A DNA stretch of 64,000 nucleotides from Octopus vulgaris (lineage: Eukaryota), in assembly GCA_951406725.2 (NCBI GenBank), contig OX597815.1, positions 172,980,001 through 173,044,000 of the forward strand. Reading direction: 5' to 3'. The position numbers were made by a program, and so were the translations under genes. Of the stretch, positions 14,309 to 27,535 are shown piece by piece. The notes under the pieces were generated by a model, which saw only the letters and a list, made by a program, of their open reading frames with translations, made no database searches and was not told the DNA's origin. Numbering within the stretch: position 1 is the stretch's first letter; every line of letters starts with the position of its first letter.

Positions 14309-14347
<39 letters not shown>

Positions 14348-16825
14348 ATAATAATAATAATGATGGTGGTAATGATGAACTTATTGTAAACAGTACTCAG
14401 GTGTACTGCATCTCATCAGTAAAAGTAGATATATATATATGTTTTTATATATGAATGTGTGTGCATGTGTTAACAATTCATCTTACATATAGTATGTAGT
14501 ATATATAAACTATATGTCATTTATTTATCTTTATATCTGTATGTAATCTACATTTTTTTTTTTTTTTTGGTTTTTCATTCTTCTAGCTTTATCCTTCTTT
14601 TTACTCATTCTTTACTATATAGTAAATATAATCAACACTAATACAGATGGAATGTTGGCTTGTACTTCTTTCAAAAAATTAGGAAATAATATAACTATTT
14701 AACCAAGCACTTCAAATTCCATACATCATATTCCCTATGTGTACTTTTGTACAAAACACTTTTTTTATCTATAATTTTATAATCCTCATATAGCTCAAGA
14801 GAAAAATATTTTCTTCTGCCTTAATTGAAACTTGATGAGAAAAAGAAGAAAAAACCATTTGTTCACAGAAATAATTTGATAGCTAAACACCTATCCTGCT
14901 CTGTTCTAACCTCATTATCTCAGAACTATAAACATATGTTTTGTATCTGTGCTATACTAACATTATTCACCTAAATTCAAGCTGGCAATTTTCCAGTTTA
15001 ACTTGTGTAATTTATATATTGCACCAAAAATTTAAATTTCTCAATTCCACCTTCTGATGTTACTAATTCAAAATGAAAGTATTATACTTGTATGTTTTTT
15101 CCCATTGGAAGTCAATTCAAATTATGTCAGTATTCAATTTTGATTCAAAATATTCTCCATGTGAATCATAAATTTTGTTAACTAATCACTTTAAGTTAAA
15201 TACTGCTGTCCTACAACATTATAGTTATCTCTCATAAACACACTGATTTTTACTGACTTGAAAACCATCATATTACTGTATTATTTCACATACATCAACC
15301 AAATAAGTAAACATGGAAAGCAAATCTGATCATTCTTGTCCAATACTTTTATCTGAATAATGAGAAGTTTCGATACTTTAAAATGAAATCAGAAAAGAAA
15401 AAGAAAGCATAAAAAATCACTGAAAACAAGTTCATCTCTATTATACACCAGAACTATTGATTCATTTGAAAATATCATCATATTCAGTTTTTTATACCAT
15501 TCAATATCAGTTTTTCCCATCATTCAATATCAGCTTTTCTATGTTATTATAGATTAAGAAATTATACCACTAACATATTTTTAAACCACTAATTATTTCT
15601 TCTACCAAATTTGAGGCTCATTTTTTACTTTATTCTATAGATTACAAGATATACATTTTCTGTATACCTTAGTAAGCTGTAAGCTTGGAAATGTATACCT
15701 TTTTTTTTTTTTTCGCGAGTATCAACTAATATATAATACTTCCTTATGCACAAGTCAATGAAGAAGATTCTGAGTAGTCTTTTGACCTAATAATAATAGT
15801 GGACAAATCTCCTTCACATCACATTTCATTGACTTAGAAAAGGACACATCAGATACTGTGAGTGTCTTTCCCCACACATAAGAAAAGAACAGGATGATCA
15901 TGGTTGGAATGCCTTTGATCAGAGGTCTGCTAAATAAAACAGGCCTGTAACTTCACAACAACTTCCTTGTACAGCTTGGCATTACTTTTACTAAGGTTTC
16001 TATAATATGAATAGGAGCAACACTGATTTTTACCTTATATATTCTTTCATTTACATTTCATTAATAAATAGTGAATTGACAGAATGGTTGGAGCATCAAA
16101 TAGAGTTCCTCGTGATATTTGCTCTGACTCTCTGCATTGTGCATTTGCATCAAACCAAGGTCAATTGTGCATTTCATTCTTTTGGGGTTGATAATAAAAG
16201 TATCCATCTGAGGTAGTGAATTGGCTGAACTGTAAGAACTTTGGCTAGATGTCATGCAGTATTAGCTCCAGCTTTTTACATACTTTATTGAAAGCAGAAT
16301 ATCCTCCAGTTTGAGAATAATTTCCTCCTACCACTTTCAGAAGCTCTGTGAAGAGTTACAAGAACTGTCCTTCTCTTCTGAGCACAAAAGAAAAAAAAAT
16401 TACAAATATTTTCTTGTGCTTCAGCCATGGTATGTTTTCAGCTCCTGATAAAAAAAAAATGTTTTGTTCATTACTTCAGATGTGAAGTTTAATGTTTCTT
16501 AGTTTTTATACAAAGATGATTGATGGAGCTTTAATTCAACACTACTAAGTCATTTTACTCTTAGAATTTCATGACAGGTTTTTTCAAATTATGGTTTCTT
16601 TTGAAACTTCAATATTTTTGTAACTTTTTTTTCAGAATATTCAGGTTATTTTCTATCTTTCTTTTAATTGTTTGGGTCATTGGACTGCAACCGTGCTGGG
16701 GCACTGCCCTTTGAAAGGTTTTAGTGAAACACATTGACTCCAGTACTTCTTTTTAAACCTGGTATTATTCTATTAACCTCTTTTCTTGAAATGTTATTCA
16801 CAATCCCAGGAATATATATATATAC

Positions 16826-16867
<42 letters not shown>

Positions 16868-17864
16868 CTCCCATCAAAAGAGTTTAATTTTAAGTATTTT
16901 TTCAAAATATCTATTCTGCTTGCACAATAAATTTCTACTGATTTCAACTACGCCAGTTCATAAAGGATATTTAAGGCCACAAAACCCATTTTTGGTAAAC
17001 AAGTAAGATTTCCAAAAAGTCAACAAGTGGGACGTGTCTTATTTTGAGGGTTCTGAAAATCTTAGCTTGCTTAGTGCAGCTTTAATAGTTGAATTCGTCA
17101 TTATCTAAAACGATTATTCAAAGTTTGCATGGAGAAAAGGAGTTGACTGAGATGTACTCATTCTTAGGTTTCTCAATTTATAATAACTATATTTGTAAAC
17201 ATCAACTATACTGTCGACCAAACCACGAGACATTAAATCAATTAACTCTTGCAAAAATACAAGTTATTTGCATAATCACTTGAAAACCACTCATTTTAAA
17301 TTTACTGTTGTTGTTGAGTGTCCCCATGTGTTCTTCATGAGCAGCTCTAAGGAAACTGGCCTTATCTATATTATACAAATCTTTTCACATTCCTTTAGCA
17401 TCACCAGTAGATAAGACTTTGTAATAAATGAGTATTGTGGAAAGAAATGATTTTAATCTTCTTTTTCATCATCTTGTTGCTGTTGTTGTTCTTCGTCTCC
17501 TCCTCCTCCTCCTCCCATACTCATTTGCTTTTTCTCCATCTCCTCCACCTTCACCCCTCACTTCACTACCATCTTCACCAACATCATCACTGTCATCATC
17601 ATTCTTGTCATCATTGTCCTTGCAGCTGTTGCCATGCAGCCTGAGAGGGTGCCATGCATGAGTAAATCAAAAGAAAATATCTTTATGTTTTTTATAAAAT
17701 TTTTAAAGTTAGCTGCAAGTAAAAAGATGATCAACTAATTAATACTGGAGTTAATATCGCTGATAGGAATGAAGAACAGAAGCAAATCTAGAATTGTATT
17801 CAGTGAGACTATAGTCTTCCAGGTGCTATGTAACCCACTCTTTCATATTCCTAAGAAGAAACCC

Positions 17865-18016
17865 TAAATTAGAGAATGGAGTACTGTGGCAAAAATTTTA
17901 TCACAAGTGAGATAAACTATTTCTACTGTTGACCAACTTAAAGTGGTCAACAATGTAGAAATATTTTATCTCACTTGTGATAAAATCTTTACCATAGAGC
18001 ACCATTCTCAAATTTA
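17865..18016. repeat. palindromic (hairpin) element, MITE-like
   Basis: About 70-bp arms (GAGAATGG..TTTTATCACAAGTGAGATAAA..TTGACCA / TGGTCAA..TTTATCTCACTTGTGATAAAA..CCATTCTC) with a loop of a few nt. Confidence 0.75.
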
Positions 18017-18263
18017 TGGTTCATCATTGCATTGATAAACTATTAGTCATTAAATATATTATCCATTGCAAAAATACAAGTTCTTCAAATAAATATTCAT
18101 TTTTTTTTCTTTTCTTTTCCCCTCTAAGGAAAATTAACCAAGTGTTGCTGGATTGAATTAAACTATTTTAATAATTGATTATCTAAAATGCAATACAAAG
18201 AAGCAAGCTGTTAGAATTGTTGGCACATCTGACAAAATGCTTCACAGTATTTCTTCTGATTCA

Positions 18264-18496
18264 AACGCGGCAAGCTGGCAGAAACATTAGCACGCTGGGC
18301 GAAATGCTCAGTGGTATTTCGTCTGCTGCTACGTTCTGAGTTCAAATTCCGCCGAGGTCAACTTTGCCTTTCATCCTTTCGGGGTCAATTAAATAAGTAC
18401 CAGTTACACACTGGGGTCGATATCATCGACTTAATCTGTTTGTCTATCCTTGTTTGTCCCCTCTATGTTTAGCCCCTTATGGGAAGTAAAGAAATA
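18264..18496 (+). mobile_element. tRNA-derived SINE family B nested in an older copy of the same family
   Basis: GCGGCAAGCTGGCAGAA head and GCCTTTCATCCTTTCGGGGTC..AAATAAGTACCAG domain. TSD AGTATTTCTTCTGA at 18246 and 18497. Confidence 0.85.
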
Positions 18497-18778
18497 AGTA
18501 TTTCTTCTGACTCATTACATTCTAAGTTCAAATTCAGCTAGGGTTGACTCTACTTTTCATCCTTTCAGTTCAGCATTGGTGAGGAAAGGGTGTCAATGAA
18601 TCTGACTTATCCCTCTTCTTAACATTGCTGGCCTTGTACCAAAAGTTGAAACCATTTAAAGATATGACACGACTATACACCATAAGGAAGGAAATATTCT
18701 TATTTCTTTTTCATTTGTTTTAGGATCCTCCTTCCATCCATGAATTCTTTTCTGATTTATTCACTATTTAGGCAAAGT

Positions 18779-18995
18779 AAGGTGGCATGCTGACAGAATC
18801 ATTAGCATACAGAACAAAATGGTTAATGGAATTTCATCTATCTTTACATTCTGAGTTCAAAATTCCACCGTGATTGACTTTGCCTTTCATCCTTTCAGGA
18901 TTGATAAAATAAGTACTAGTTGAGCACTGGGAGCAATTTAATCAACTTGGCCCCATTCCCAAAATGGCTGGCCTTGTGCCAAAATTTGAAACCAA
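18779..18995 (+). mobile_element. SINE family B with TSD TATTTAGGCAAAGT
   Basis: TSD at 18765-18778 and 18996-19009. Further copies at about 19592-19806, 25327-25528, 48880-49098 (+) and 5415-5600, 36625-37050, 40080-40240 (-). Confidence 0.85.
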
Positions 18996-19831
18996 TATTT
19001 AGGCAAAGTTTGTCTTTTTTTATTTATTGCTGACACTCACCTTATTTAAGAGAGCTGTTAAGATATCAACATATATTAGGTCATGTTTTGGCACATATAT
19101 TAGCACTCAGAGTTATTTACTTCGCAAAGGTGTATCATTTTGTATTCCTGGATATTCATATTTTATGCCATCTGTTTTTCTTTCTCATTGATGTAGCTAC
19201 AAAACCTCATGCTACTTGTATTTTCATAAATAATACAGCTTCCATTTATTTGTTTTATATTATCTTCAAATGATACTAAGGAGTACTGTTTTATTTATAA
19301 AAGAACTTTTTTTCCGTTATGTTTTTTTTTTTTATTTCTTTTTTTGTCATCTTCTTCAGTCAAATTTCATTATATACATTTTTGTACTATTTCACCACTG
19401 CTAATTTCTATTGCAATATAAGAACAAAATACATGATTCTTCAAGGAATTTAGCTCTATTTGATTTTGTTTAACCAACTGTAAATGATATTTAGGAAACA
19501 AGGTTCTCATGGTGGCTCAGTTGATAGAGCATAGTTATCCATATCCATAGGTTGGTGGCTCAAATCTATCCCATGTGAACCAGACTAACTAGGGCAGTGA
19601 GCTGGCAGAATCGTTAGCACACCAGGCAAAAATACTTTGCAGAATTCTGTTGTCTTGATATTCTGAGTTCAAATTCCACCAAGGTCAACTTTGCTGTTCA
19701 TCCTTTCAGGGTCAATAAAATAGGTACCAGTTGAACACTGGGGTCAATATAATCGACTTACCCACTACCCTGAAATTGCTGGCCTTGTACCAAAATTTGA
19801 AACTGATATTTAGGGAATAAGATGTACCTTA

Positions 19832-20031
19832 CAGTTCTGTATTTAAGAGATGAGGAATTATGTACATTATTTACATTATTTACATTTGACAGATATTTGT
19901 CCTCATCTTGTTTGTTGTTAGCACAACGTTTTGGCTGAGATACCCTCCAGCCTTCATCAGGTGTCTTGGGAAAATTTCAAACCTGGGTTCTCATTCCTAA
20001 CATATTTTTCGATGTTACTATTATTATTATA

Positions 20032-20072
<41 letters not shown>

Positions 20073-20245
20073 CATTATTATTATTATTATTATTATAACA
20101 TCGAAAAATACATTAGGAATGAGAACCCAGGTTTGAAATTTCCCCAAGACACCTGATGAAGGCTGGAGGGTATATCAGCCAAAACGTGTTAACAACAAAC
20201 AAGATGAGGACAAATATCCATCAAATGTAAATAATGTAAATAATG
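19832..20245. mobile_element. fold-back insertion with two degenerate minimal hammerheads and a 13-bp TSD
   Basis: Arms 19865-20017 and 20096-20245 around (ATT)n. TSD AAGATGTACCTTA at 19819-19831 and 20246-20258. GACAC-CTGATGA-A-GGCTGG..TCAGCC-AAAACG in both arms. Confidence 0.7.
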
Positions 20246-20525
20246 AAGATGTACCTTATTCTTGAATTTCAGCTGTACCTAATCTACATTACATATAAAA
20301 TGTTGAATTGAAATACTGGCAAGTCTCTTAGGTATTCTATCAGAATCCTCATGATCATGGCTGCCTTTGTCATTATCATTGTCATAATTTTTGACAACCT
20401 ACAGCCTAGCATCAGAATAATCTAACTTAGTTGCCTGTTTATGGCTTAGATGTACCTTCTTTCTTAGAGCAGAAGCTTCCTTTCAAACTGTATTATTTTA
20501 GCATGGACTGACAAGACTTTCTCCA

Positions 20526-20731
20526 GCCAGCCAAGAATTTAGACCTGGAGATCTCCATTTCCAGCGACTTTGAGGGCCACCTCCCAATGGTGTCGGGCGT
20601 CAATGAAGAGCCCTTGACTACAACAAAACGACCAAAGTTTTTTTTTTTTTTCCAAGGTCTGGGGTCTCCTGCCCCTAAGCTCTAGACCATCACCTAATCA
20701 CCCTTACCCATCTTGTTGCTTAACAACAACA
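20526..20731 (+). mobile_element. short retroposed insertion with (AAC)n tail and 15-bp TSD
   Basis: ACAAGACTTTCTCCA at 20511-20525 and 20732-20746. Confidence 0.7.
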
Positions 20732-21169
20732 ACAAGACTTTCTCCAACTCTGAACATTAACAATCAATTTGATGCCACCTCTAATAACACACACTCATAC
20801 ATATATCATCATTAATCATCATCATCATCATCATCATCATCATTAATCATCATCATCCTAAAAGTCATATAATGTAACTAAGTATCTTACAACTATAATC
20901 ATCTGAAGTTTAAGATAGTCTTGTTAAATATGAATATTAGTAGCAAAACAGCCATGAAGGCAGAAATAGCAAAAATAATAATAATATTTACACAGGTAAT
21001 GATGATTTCTGCCTTTGGCACACAGCCATAATTTTGTTATTAAAAAACGTAGTTGATAAACAGGTGTAGCATACACACCTCAGGAATACAGAGGTGCTCA
21101 TGATAGTGGGCATGAAAACATTGAAAATATGCTAATAATAATAATGATGATGATGATGATGATGATGAT

Positions 21170-22044
21170 GGAATATGAAACCTGTAAAGGTTGTGCCTAT
21201 AATAATTGGTGCATTGGGAATTGTCAAATCAACAACAGCAACAACAACAACAATAATAATAATTGAATAAGAATAATTGAAAAGTGAAGTTGCCTATTAA
21301 TTGATCTATTGTGTCCATTTGACTCCAGGATCATAAAGAAAGAAGACGAAAAACAAAAATATACAATCCCTTAAAATTTGAAATTGCAAGAATTTGGAAT
21401 GTGGAAATTGTAAAGGTTGTGCCTATAATAATTGGTGCATTGGGAACTGTAAGCAAAGATATAGACAAATGGTTGAAGGAGAGTGGAAGCTAGTGGAGAC
21501 TGAAAGCCAGTGGATACCTAAGGTTATAGGTAGTAACCCACTACCAACATAAATCCTGCCAGGAATAAGACCAAACCTGAGTCAAATCAACAACAACAAC
21601 AACAACAATAATAATAATAATAGTAATAGGATACATACAGACAGATAAATAAATCATAACAGAACAGACATCATCATCAAAGACCTAAGGCAAAAAAACC
21701 CATGCCTGTTAAATGATATGACGGTGCCTACTGATAGAAACCTCTCAGCAAAGGAATTTGAAAAACTGTTTTAAACTGATCTTGAAATTGAGATATCTAA
21801 GACATGGCAGTTAAAAGCCAAAACTATCCACGTTATTGTAGGTGCCCTGGGAATGATCAAGGAAGGTACTACTGACAAATTTTTTGACCAAATCCCTGGG
21901 AAACCAACAATCTATGAGATTCAAAAAATTGTGTTGACAACAACTGCCTAGATTTTCAGGAAGTTTCTCTCCATCTATATACATGCCTTAGGTCTCTGGT
22001 TGAGACTTGGTCAGAAGATGAAATAAAATGCGAATCAATCAGAA

Positions 22045-22046
<2 letters not shown>
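21170..22046 (+). mobile_element. tandem R4/Dong-type 3' fragments separated by (AAT/AAC)n
   Basis: VKVVPIIIGALGTVSK and NRTDIIIKD...IHVIVGALGMI endonuclease C-terminal motifs. Confidence 0.75.
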
Positions 22047-22085
<39 letters not shown>

Positions 22086-22087
<2 letters not shown>

Positions 22088-22640
22088 CCCTGATGCAGTA
22101 CCAGGCAGTGGCTCTCATGGCTTCTGATCTTAACTGATTGGAAGTGTTATCATGTACATTGTTTTGTCTTGGTATAAAAGATGGGCTACAGCAAATATTC
22201 TGCTCAATACCACAGATTTGCTTGTCAGTTGTTTGACCTTAACCAGTTGAGCATGTCCCTTAGTGGCTGACGATATGTGCATCTCTGATCACGAGCAGAA
22301 GTAGTGGGGGAGCATCATAGCCATGTGTTGAGAGGGATTCTTTGGGGTTTGAATAGTTCACCTCTGGAAACATGGGTGGTTCTTTCAACATCCTTAAACA
22401 ACCCTTATTCAGGGACCGTTTGAGCGGGATGGGCTACTCAACCTGAAGAAAATTCTAACTGGGCCCCACCTGCAAGGTCATGTGCTGTTTATCTTGATAT
22501 AAGATCGCCATGTCGCGCACATATGGTTGTGATGCATGTGCCTGGTGTACCTTTATCAGACGGGTAGTCATGATGAGTATATTGGGCTTCGTATATTTTA
22601 CCCCAGTGTCACTTTGATGGCATGAACTGCTCTCTCACTC
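22086..22640. mobile_element. interspersed repeat embedded in (AAT)n
   Basis: Sharp-edged, higher-GC insert flanked on both sides by AAT repeats; family not identified. Confidence 0.45.
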
Positions 22641-22656
22641 AATAATAATAATAATA

Positions 22657-23192
22657 ACTGAAGAGGTCACCCAGGCACTGCAAAAACTAAGTAACTGGAA
22701 GGCACCTAGACACGATAAGATCCCCAACATCTGGTTAAAATATCTGACAGGAACACACAAGCTGGCTGAAAAATTTAATGACATACTAGCAGAGTCAGAG
22801 ACAATGCCTGAATGGCTCATGAAAGGAAAAACTATCCTAATTCCCAAATATGTGGAGATGGACAAGAAACAATAGATCATATTGTCTCTGGCTGCCCAGT
22901 CCTGGCTAAGAAGGAATATATTCACAGGCATGACAGAGTTGGGACCTACATACACTGGAAGCTATGCCAATACTATGGAATAACAACAGAAAAGATCACA
23001 GAAAATGAGAAAGCAACCATACTATGGGATATGCCAATACACACAGACAGGAAAATTAAGCCCAATATAAAAGATATAGTTGTCAGAGATCATGAAGAAA
23101 AAAAAATGCTTCCTAATTGATGTATCAATACCAACAGATGACAATGTTTCTCTAAAAGAAATGGAGAAACTTTCAAAATACAAAGACCTGGA
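22657..23192 (+). mobile_element. R4/Dong-type (restriction-like endonuclease) non-LTR retrotransposon fragment
   Basis: CCHC-like CGDGQETIDHIVSGC, RHD, ILWDMPIHTD, DIVV..FLIDVSIP..EKLSKYKDLE; begins at an (AAT)n tract. Confidence 0.85.
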
Positions 23193-26092
23193 ATCAGGTC
23201 TTTGCACTCCGCTAGCACAAATGCCAGTCATCAAATTTGAGTAGTATAAAATTATGTGTGGATACTCATTAATATGTATCTACTATATATAAAGGAAACT
23301 GTAGAGAAATAAATCCTGTGTATTGTATGTATGTTATGGAGTGAAAATGGCTGAGTGTTAAACTATGATGTGTATGTTCGAACACTTTCTGCTCCATTTA
23401 AATTATTAATTTCTGTTTTGCTTGCTATAAGGCCAATTTTGTTGTTATGGGATTTAGCTGAATGAATTAACTCCAATTTATTAGTTGTAATTATTTTACT
23501 GATCCTTTCTAATGAAAGAGGAAAGACAATATTACTAGCAATAAGTGAAACACCAATATAAGACCACCACAAATGAAGTAGATCTTTTTCAGAACTCTTC
23601 TTCCACATACATGTTAATTTCTCAATCTTTCCTTGAGTTACTTTTAACACTGAAACTGATCAACAGTATGTTTCTGACATTTAATTTATTTTAATCACCC
23701 TTTCACAAACTGATGAGATTTTTTACAGCCTAATGTCTAGTAACTAGTTTTTAGGATATCAAAGGAACAATTCTCCCAAAAGAATTTATGCTTATGCAGA
23801 TGACATTCACTTATCTCATCTGACATTTCACAAATTCTCCAAGCTTACAAAATATTGCTCCTATTTAGCTTTATGCGCCACCTAAATCTATTCTCCACCC
23901 CAACCCTTTTTCAACTTTCTGACACTTGTTATTTGTAATTATGTCAGAAGTTTCTGGCCTATTGTACCTGGTTTTGATATTATAGTATCAACACTGTCTA
24001 GACATTTATCATATGTCAAGATCTAATGACTCGGTCTTGTCTCAGAATTCCACTGACTTCATAGAGTGACATTTATAAAGTTTCGATTTTTGTTTTTTTT
24101 TTGTAGATCTTCAACAAGATGTATTAGACATTATTGACTTACTCAAAGAAATATCTTTAAAAACTCAAAAAAAAAATGAAATATTTGAAACTTTACATTT
24201 TGAAAATTAAATATGTTGCTTAATGAAAGAGTAGATACCTTCTGTATCATAATTATTTTAGATATTTCTGACTAGTTATTTTTTATAATCATAGATGTAT
24301 CAATTTGCTTTGCTATTATATCCCTTAATATTTTGCTGAAAGTTTGGAATACAGCAACAGAATATTACTATCATACACTCAAAATAATTAAAAGTCATTT
24401 TAATTTATTAGTAGCTTATGAATTAGACTTTATAGTGGCTTCCAGTTCTTGATTTGAAAATGCAATTAAGTGATGTTAAATAGAATAATGGTCCTTAGTA
24501 AGGTTAAGTGGTTAAGTACTAGGTATGAACTTGAAAGTTATTGAACAACTAATACTGTGACTTACATTGATTCCTATTGAAAACTAATTATTAAACACTT
24601 TGCCTTGATAACATGAATGAACAGATTGGATAGCCACTGCTGGAAAGCTTTTCATCATGTCTACTCAATCAGAACCAAAATGAGGCTAAATGTATTAAAT
24701 GCATACTAAGTACAAATACAGCAGGTTTCAATAATACAAATACTGCAGGTCTCACATATAATATTCAAACGGTAGTGATTACCGATGTAATTAGTAGAGA
24801 AAAACTTACTCTAGTGATGTTTAAAATATAAAAACAAGGGGACCTACCCTAATAAGATTAGTTGAAACTTTTGGATGGTACAGATAATACAAATGGAATG
24901 GATCTGATTTAATCTTTAAAGCCAACAAGTGTTAAGTAATAGCCGTGATCTGGTCTTCTTTGACTTCTACATGCAATGATGAGATGAACTATATGTTCTC
25001 TTTAATGGCTGTAATAGTAAGAATTATCTGAGAGCAAACTGGAAATTGAATTTAAAATTGGTTTCAAATTTTGGCACAGGGCCAGTAATTTTAGGGGATG
25101 GGTAAGTCAGTTGATCCCTGCATTCAACTGGTACTTATTTTATGAAAGGTGAAGTCAACTTTGGCAGAATTAGAAATTGAATTTAATATTGTTAGAAGAA
25201 TTAAGTTGTTATTTAGATCAGGTCAGTTCTGATTGAGCAGATTATGATACCATATTTTATTTTTTAAGTTACAATGTGATATGATTCAGTTGAGTCTTCC
25301 ATTAAGCCTCTTTATATTAAGGCATCTCAGGGTGGCAAACTGGCAGAATTGTTGGCATGCCAGGCAAAATGCTTAGTGGCATTTCATCCGTCTTTATCTT
25401 CTGAGTTCAACTTTACTTTTCATCCTTTCAGGGCCAATAAAATAAGTACTGGTTATTTATCACTGGAATCAATGTAATCAGTTTACCCCTTCCCTAAAAT
25501 TACTGGCCTTGTGCCAAAATCTGAAACCTATATTAAGGCATCCACAGACATATATCATGTGATTATGACATCATTCTAATAAGGTAATATAAATTGGAAT
25601 CACTTTATAAGTCGGAATTACTTATTACCTCCCTGTACTATAATCTTATCAATGATTGTTTTAAGAACCTTGTTCAAGGTCTTATGTTGGAATAAAGAAG
25701 ACTTTTTCTGATTGTTAACTTCAGTACATTTCCTTCATTACACAACGTATCTAGGATTACATTGTCCAGTGTCTTCTTCTTTTGCAGATGGTAAGGTTTG
25801 ATTTGAGGGAGTTTTGACTGCTAAACTTCCAAGTCAAGCAACCATGAAGTGGTTCTCTCATATAAGTTGTTTGTTCTTATCAAATCTATTGAAATATTTT
25901 TGGAGCAGATGTGGTGTAGACACAAGCGTGGCTGTATGGTTAAGATGCTTGCTTCCAAATTATGCAGTCCCTGGGCTGACCAAAATTTTGTGAATGGATT
26001 TTGTGGACAGAAACTGAAAGAAGCTTGTTGTGTGTGTGTGTATGTATGTATGTATGTATGTATGTATGTATGTATGCATGTATGTCAAGTCA

Positions 26093-26465
26093 CTTTCGAG
26101 TGCTAGTGGTAACATGTAACCCAGTACAACCTGTTGCATGGTCAGGTCATCGGCGACTAAACCGGCAACCCCACCAAGCTTGCTTGGTGAGGAGTGTGTT
26201 TATTGGACACCCTGCGGGATGAAAAACAAAACTCGTCAAAGGGCGGAGGAACTCTTGAGAGTCAACGGCTATCCAATAAATGTCTTAAGGCTGTATCATG
26301 CGCAGGGACATAGAAATAATCGGACTGAATACCCGATCATGCGGTTAAACCATTGGGAGTGAAGGACTCCTAGCCTTTGTTAGGGCATCCTTCTAGGAGA
26401 AGGTAACTCAGGTAACTGGGATAACTCCGACATAAAACCTGCGGCTCAGTGGTTACTGATGATGT
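26093..26465 (+). mobile_element. interspersed repeat (possibly LINE 5'UTR-derived) next to (ATGT)n
   Basis: The first 245 bp are near-identical to 28674-28919. Confidence 0.6.
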
Positions 26466-27319
26466 TGTCCATTTTTCAGTCTTCCATGAAAAACATGTCT
26501 ATCTATTGAAAAATATCACCTTGTTTAGAAACAGGCAAAAGTTGGCAACAAAAAAGGCATCCAGCTATAGAAAATTAACTTCAACAAATTTGTATGTTAA
26601 ATGATGACGACAATGACAACAGTGGCAGCGTCGGCGGCGGCAGCAATGGTGGCGTCGGTGGCAGCAATGGTGGTGGCGATGGCAGTAAACATAAAACAAA
26701 ATATTTAAATAAACAGAAAAAATATAATTTTAATATACTAAGTTGTGATAGCAAACATTTATCCCAGATTTGTTTTGAAGCTATTAACAATATTCTTTAT
26801 ACTCTCTAATACATCTTTGAATTATCAACAATATTTACCTGAATACATTTAACTGGTGTTGTTTGATCAATAGATTTAATTACAGGAACAGTAAGCTTTC
26901 TCATCTTTTTTATTTATAAAGTGTTGTTAGATGTCAGTGTCATTTAATTTCATTTTTAATCATTTAGTAATAATATCTTTTGAACAAAATACAATTCCCA
27001 TATTACTCTACTTTCGGTTTTTAACAATAGAAATGATGTTATAAGCTACTTTGTCAACTCTAAAGTATTTTCTAAAACCAGTATTGTTTCATAATTTTTA
27101 ATGATATCTCCAACCAGTTTTTTAAGTTTATATTATAGGTATAAGCATGACTGTGTAAAGAAGTTTGCCTCCCAACCACATGATTTTGGGTTAGTCCTAT
27201 TATGCAGCCCCTTGGAAAAATGCCTTCTACTATTGCATTGGAGTTACAAAAGCTATCTTGTTAATGAATTTGGTTGATGAAAACTGAAGAGTTCTGTCAT
27301 GCATAGATCAGCATTTTAG

Positions 27320-27535
27320 CCCTTTTGTTACCAACCCGGCTGAAACCGGCTCTGGCTCTGAGTACAAATGTCTTGTTTTCATAAGTTTTGAATTAAAATC
27401 TTCCACCAAACCTTAGTCCCAATTTATGTTCCCAACACTAGCTTAATGATGACTAAGTTATTTTACTAAATTCTTTGTTATATTTAAAGTAATTGAAAGA
27501 AACAGAGAGCATCTCAAAATACAGTAACAAAAGGG
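27320..27535. mobile_element. piggyBac-type MITE (second family)
   Basis: CCCTTTTGTTAC...GTAACAAAAGGG-TTAA. Confidence 0.85.

Larger units (their letters stand above)
13775..14314. mobile_element. Penelope-like/retrozyme-like non-coding insertion with 181-bp fold-back, inside an (AT)n array
   Basis: Arms 13938-14118 and 14134-14314 (2 mismatches), 15-nt spacer, hammerhead motifs, (AT)n on both sides. Confidence 0.7.

Noticed and set aside
19508-19580. tRNA-like A/B boxes (also 32180-32260, minus strand)
   Set aside because: No complete cloverleaf; decayed SINE heads or tRNA pseudogenes.
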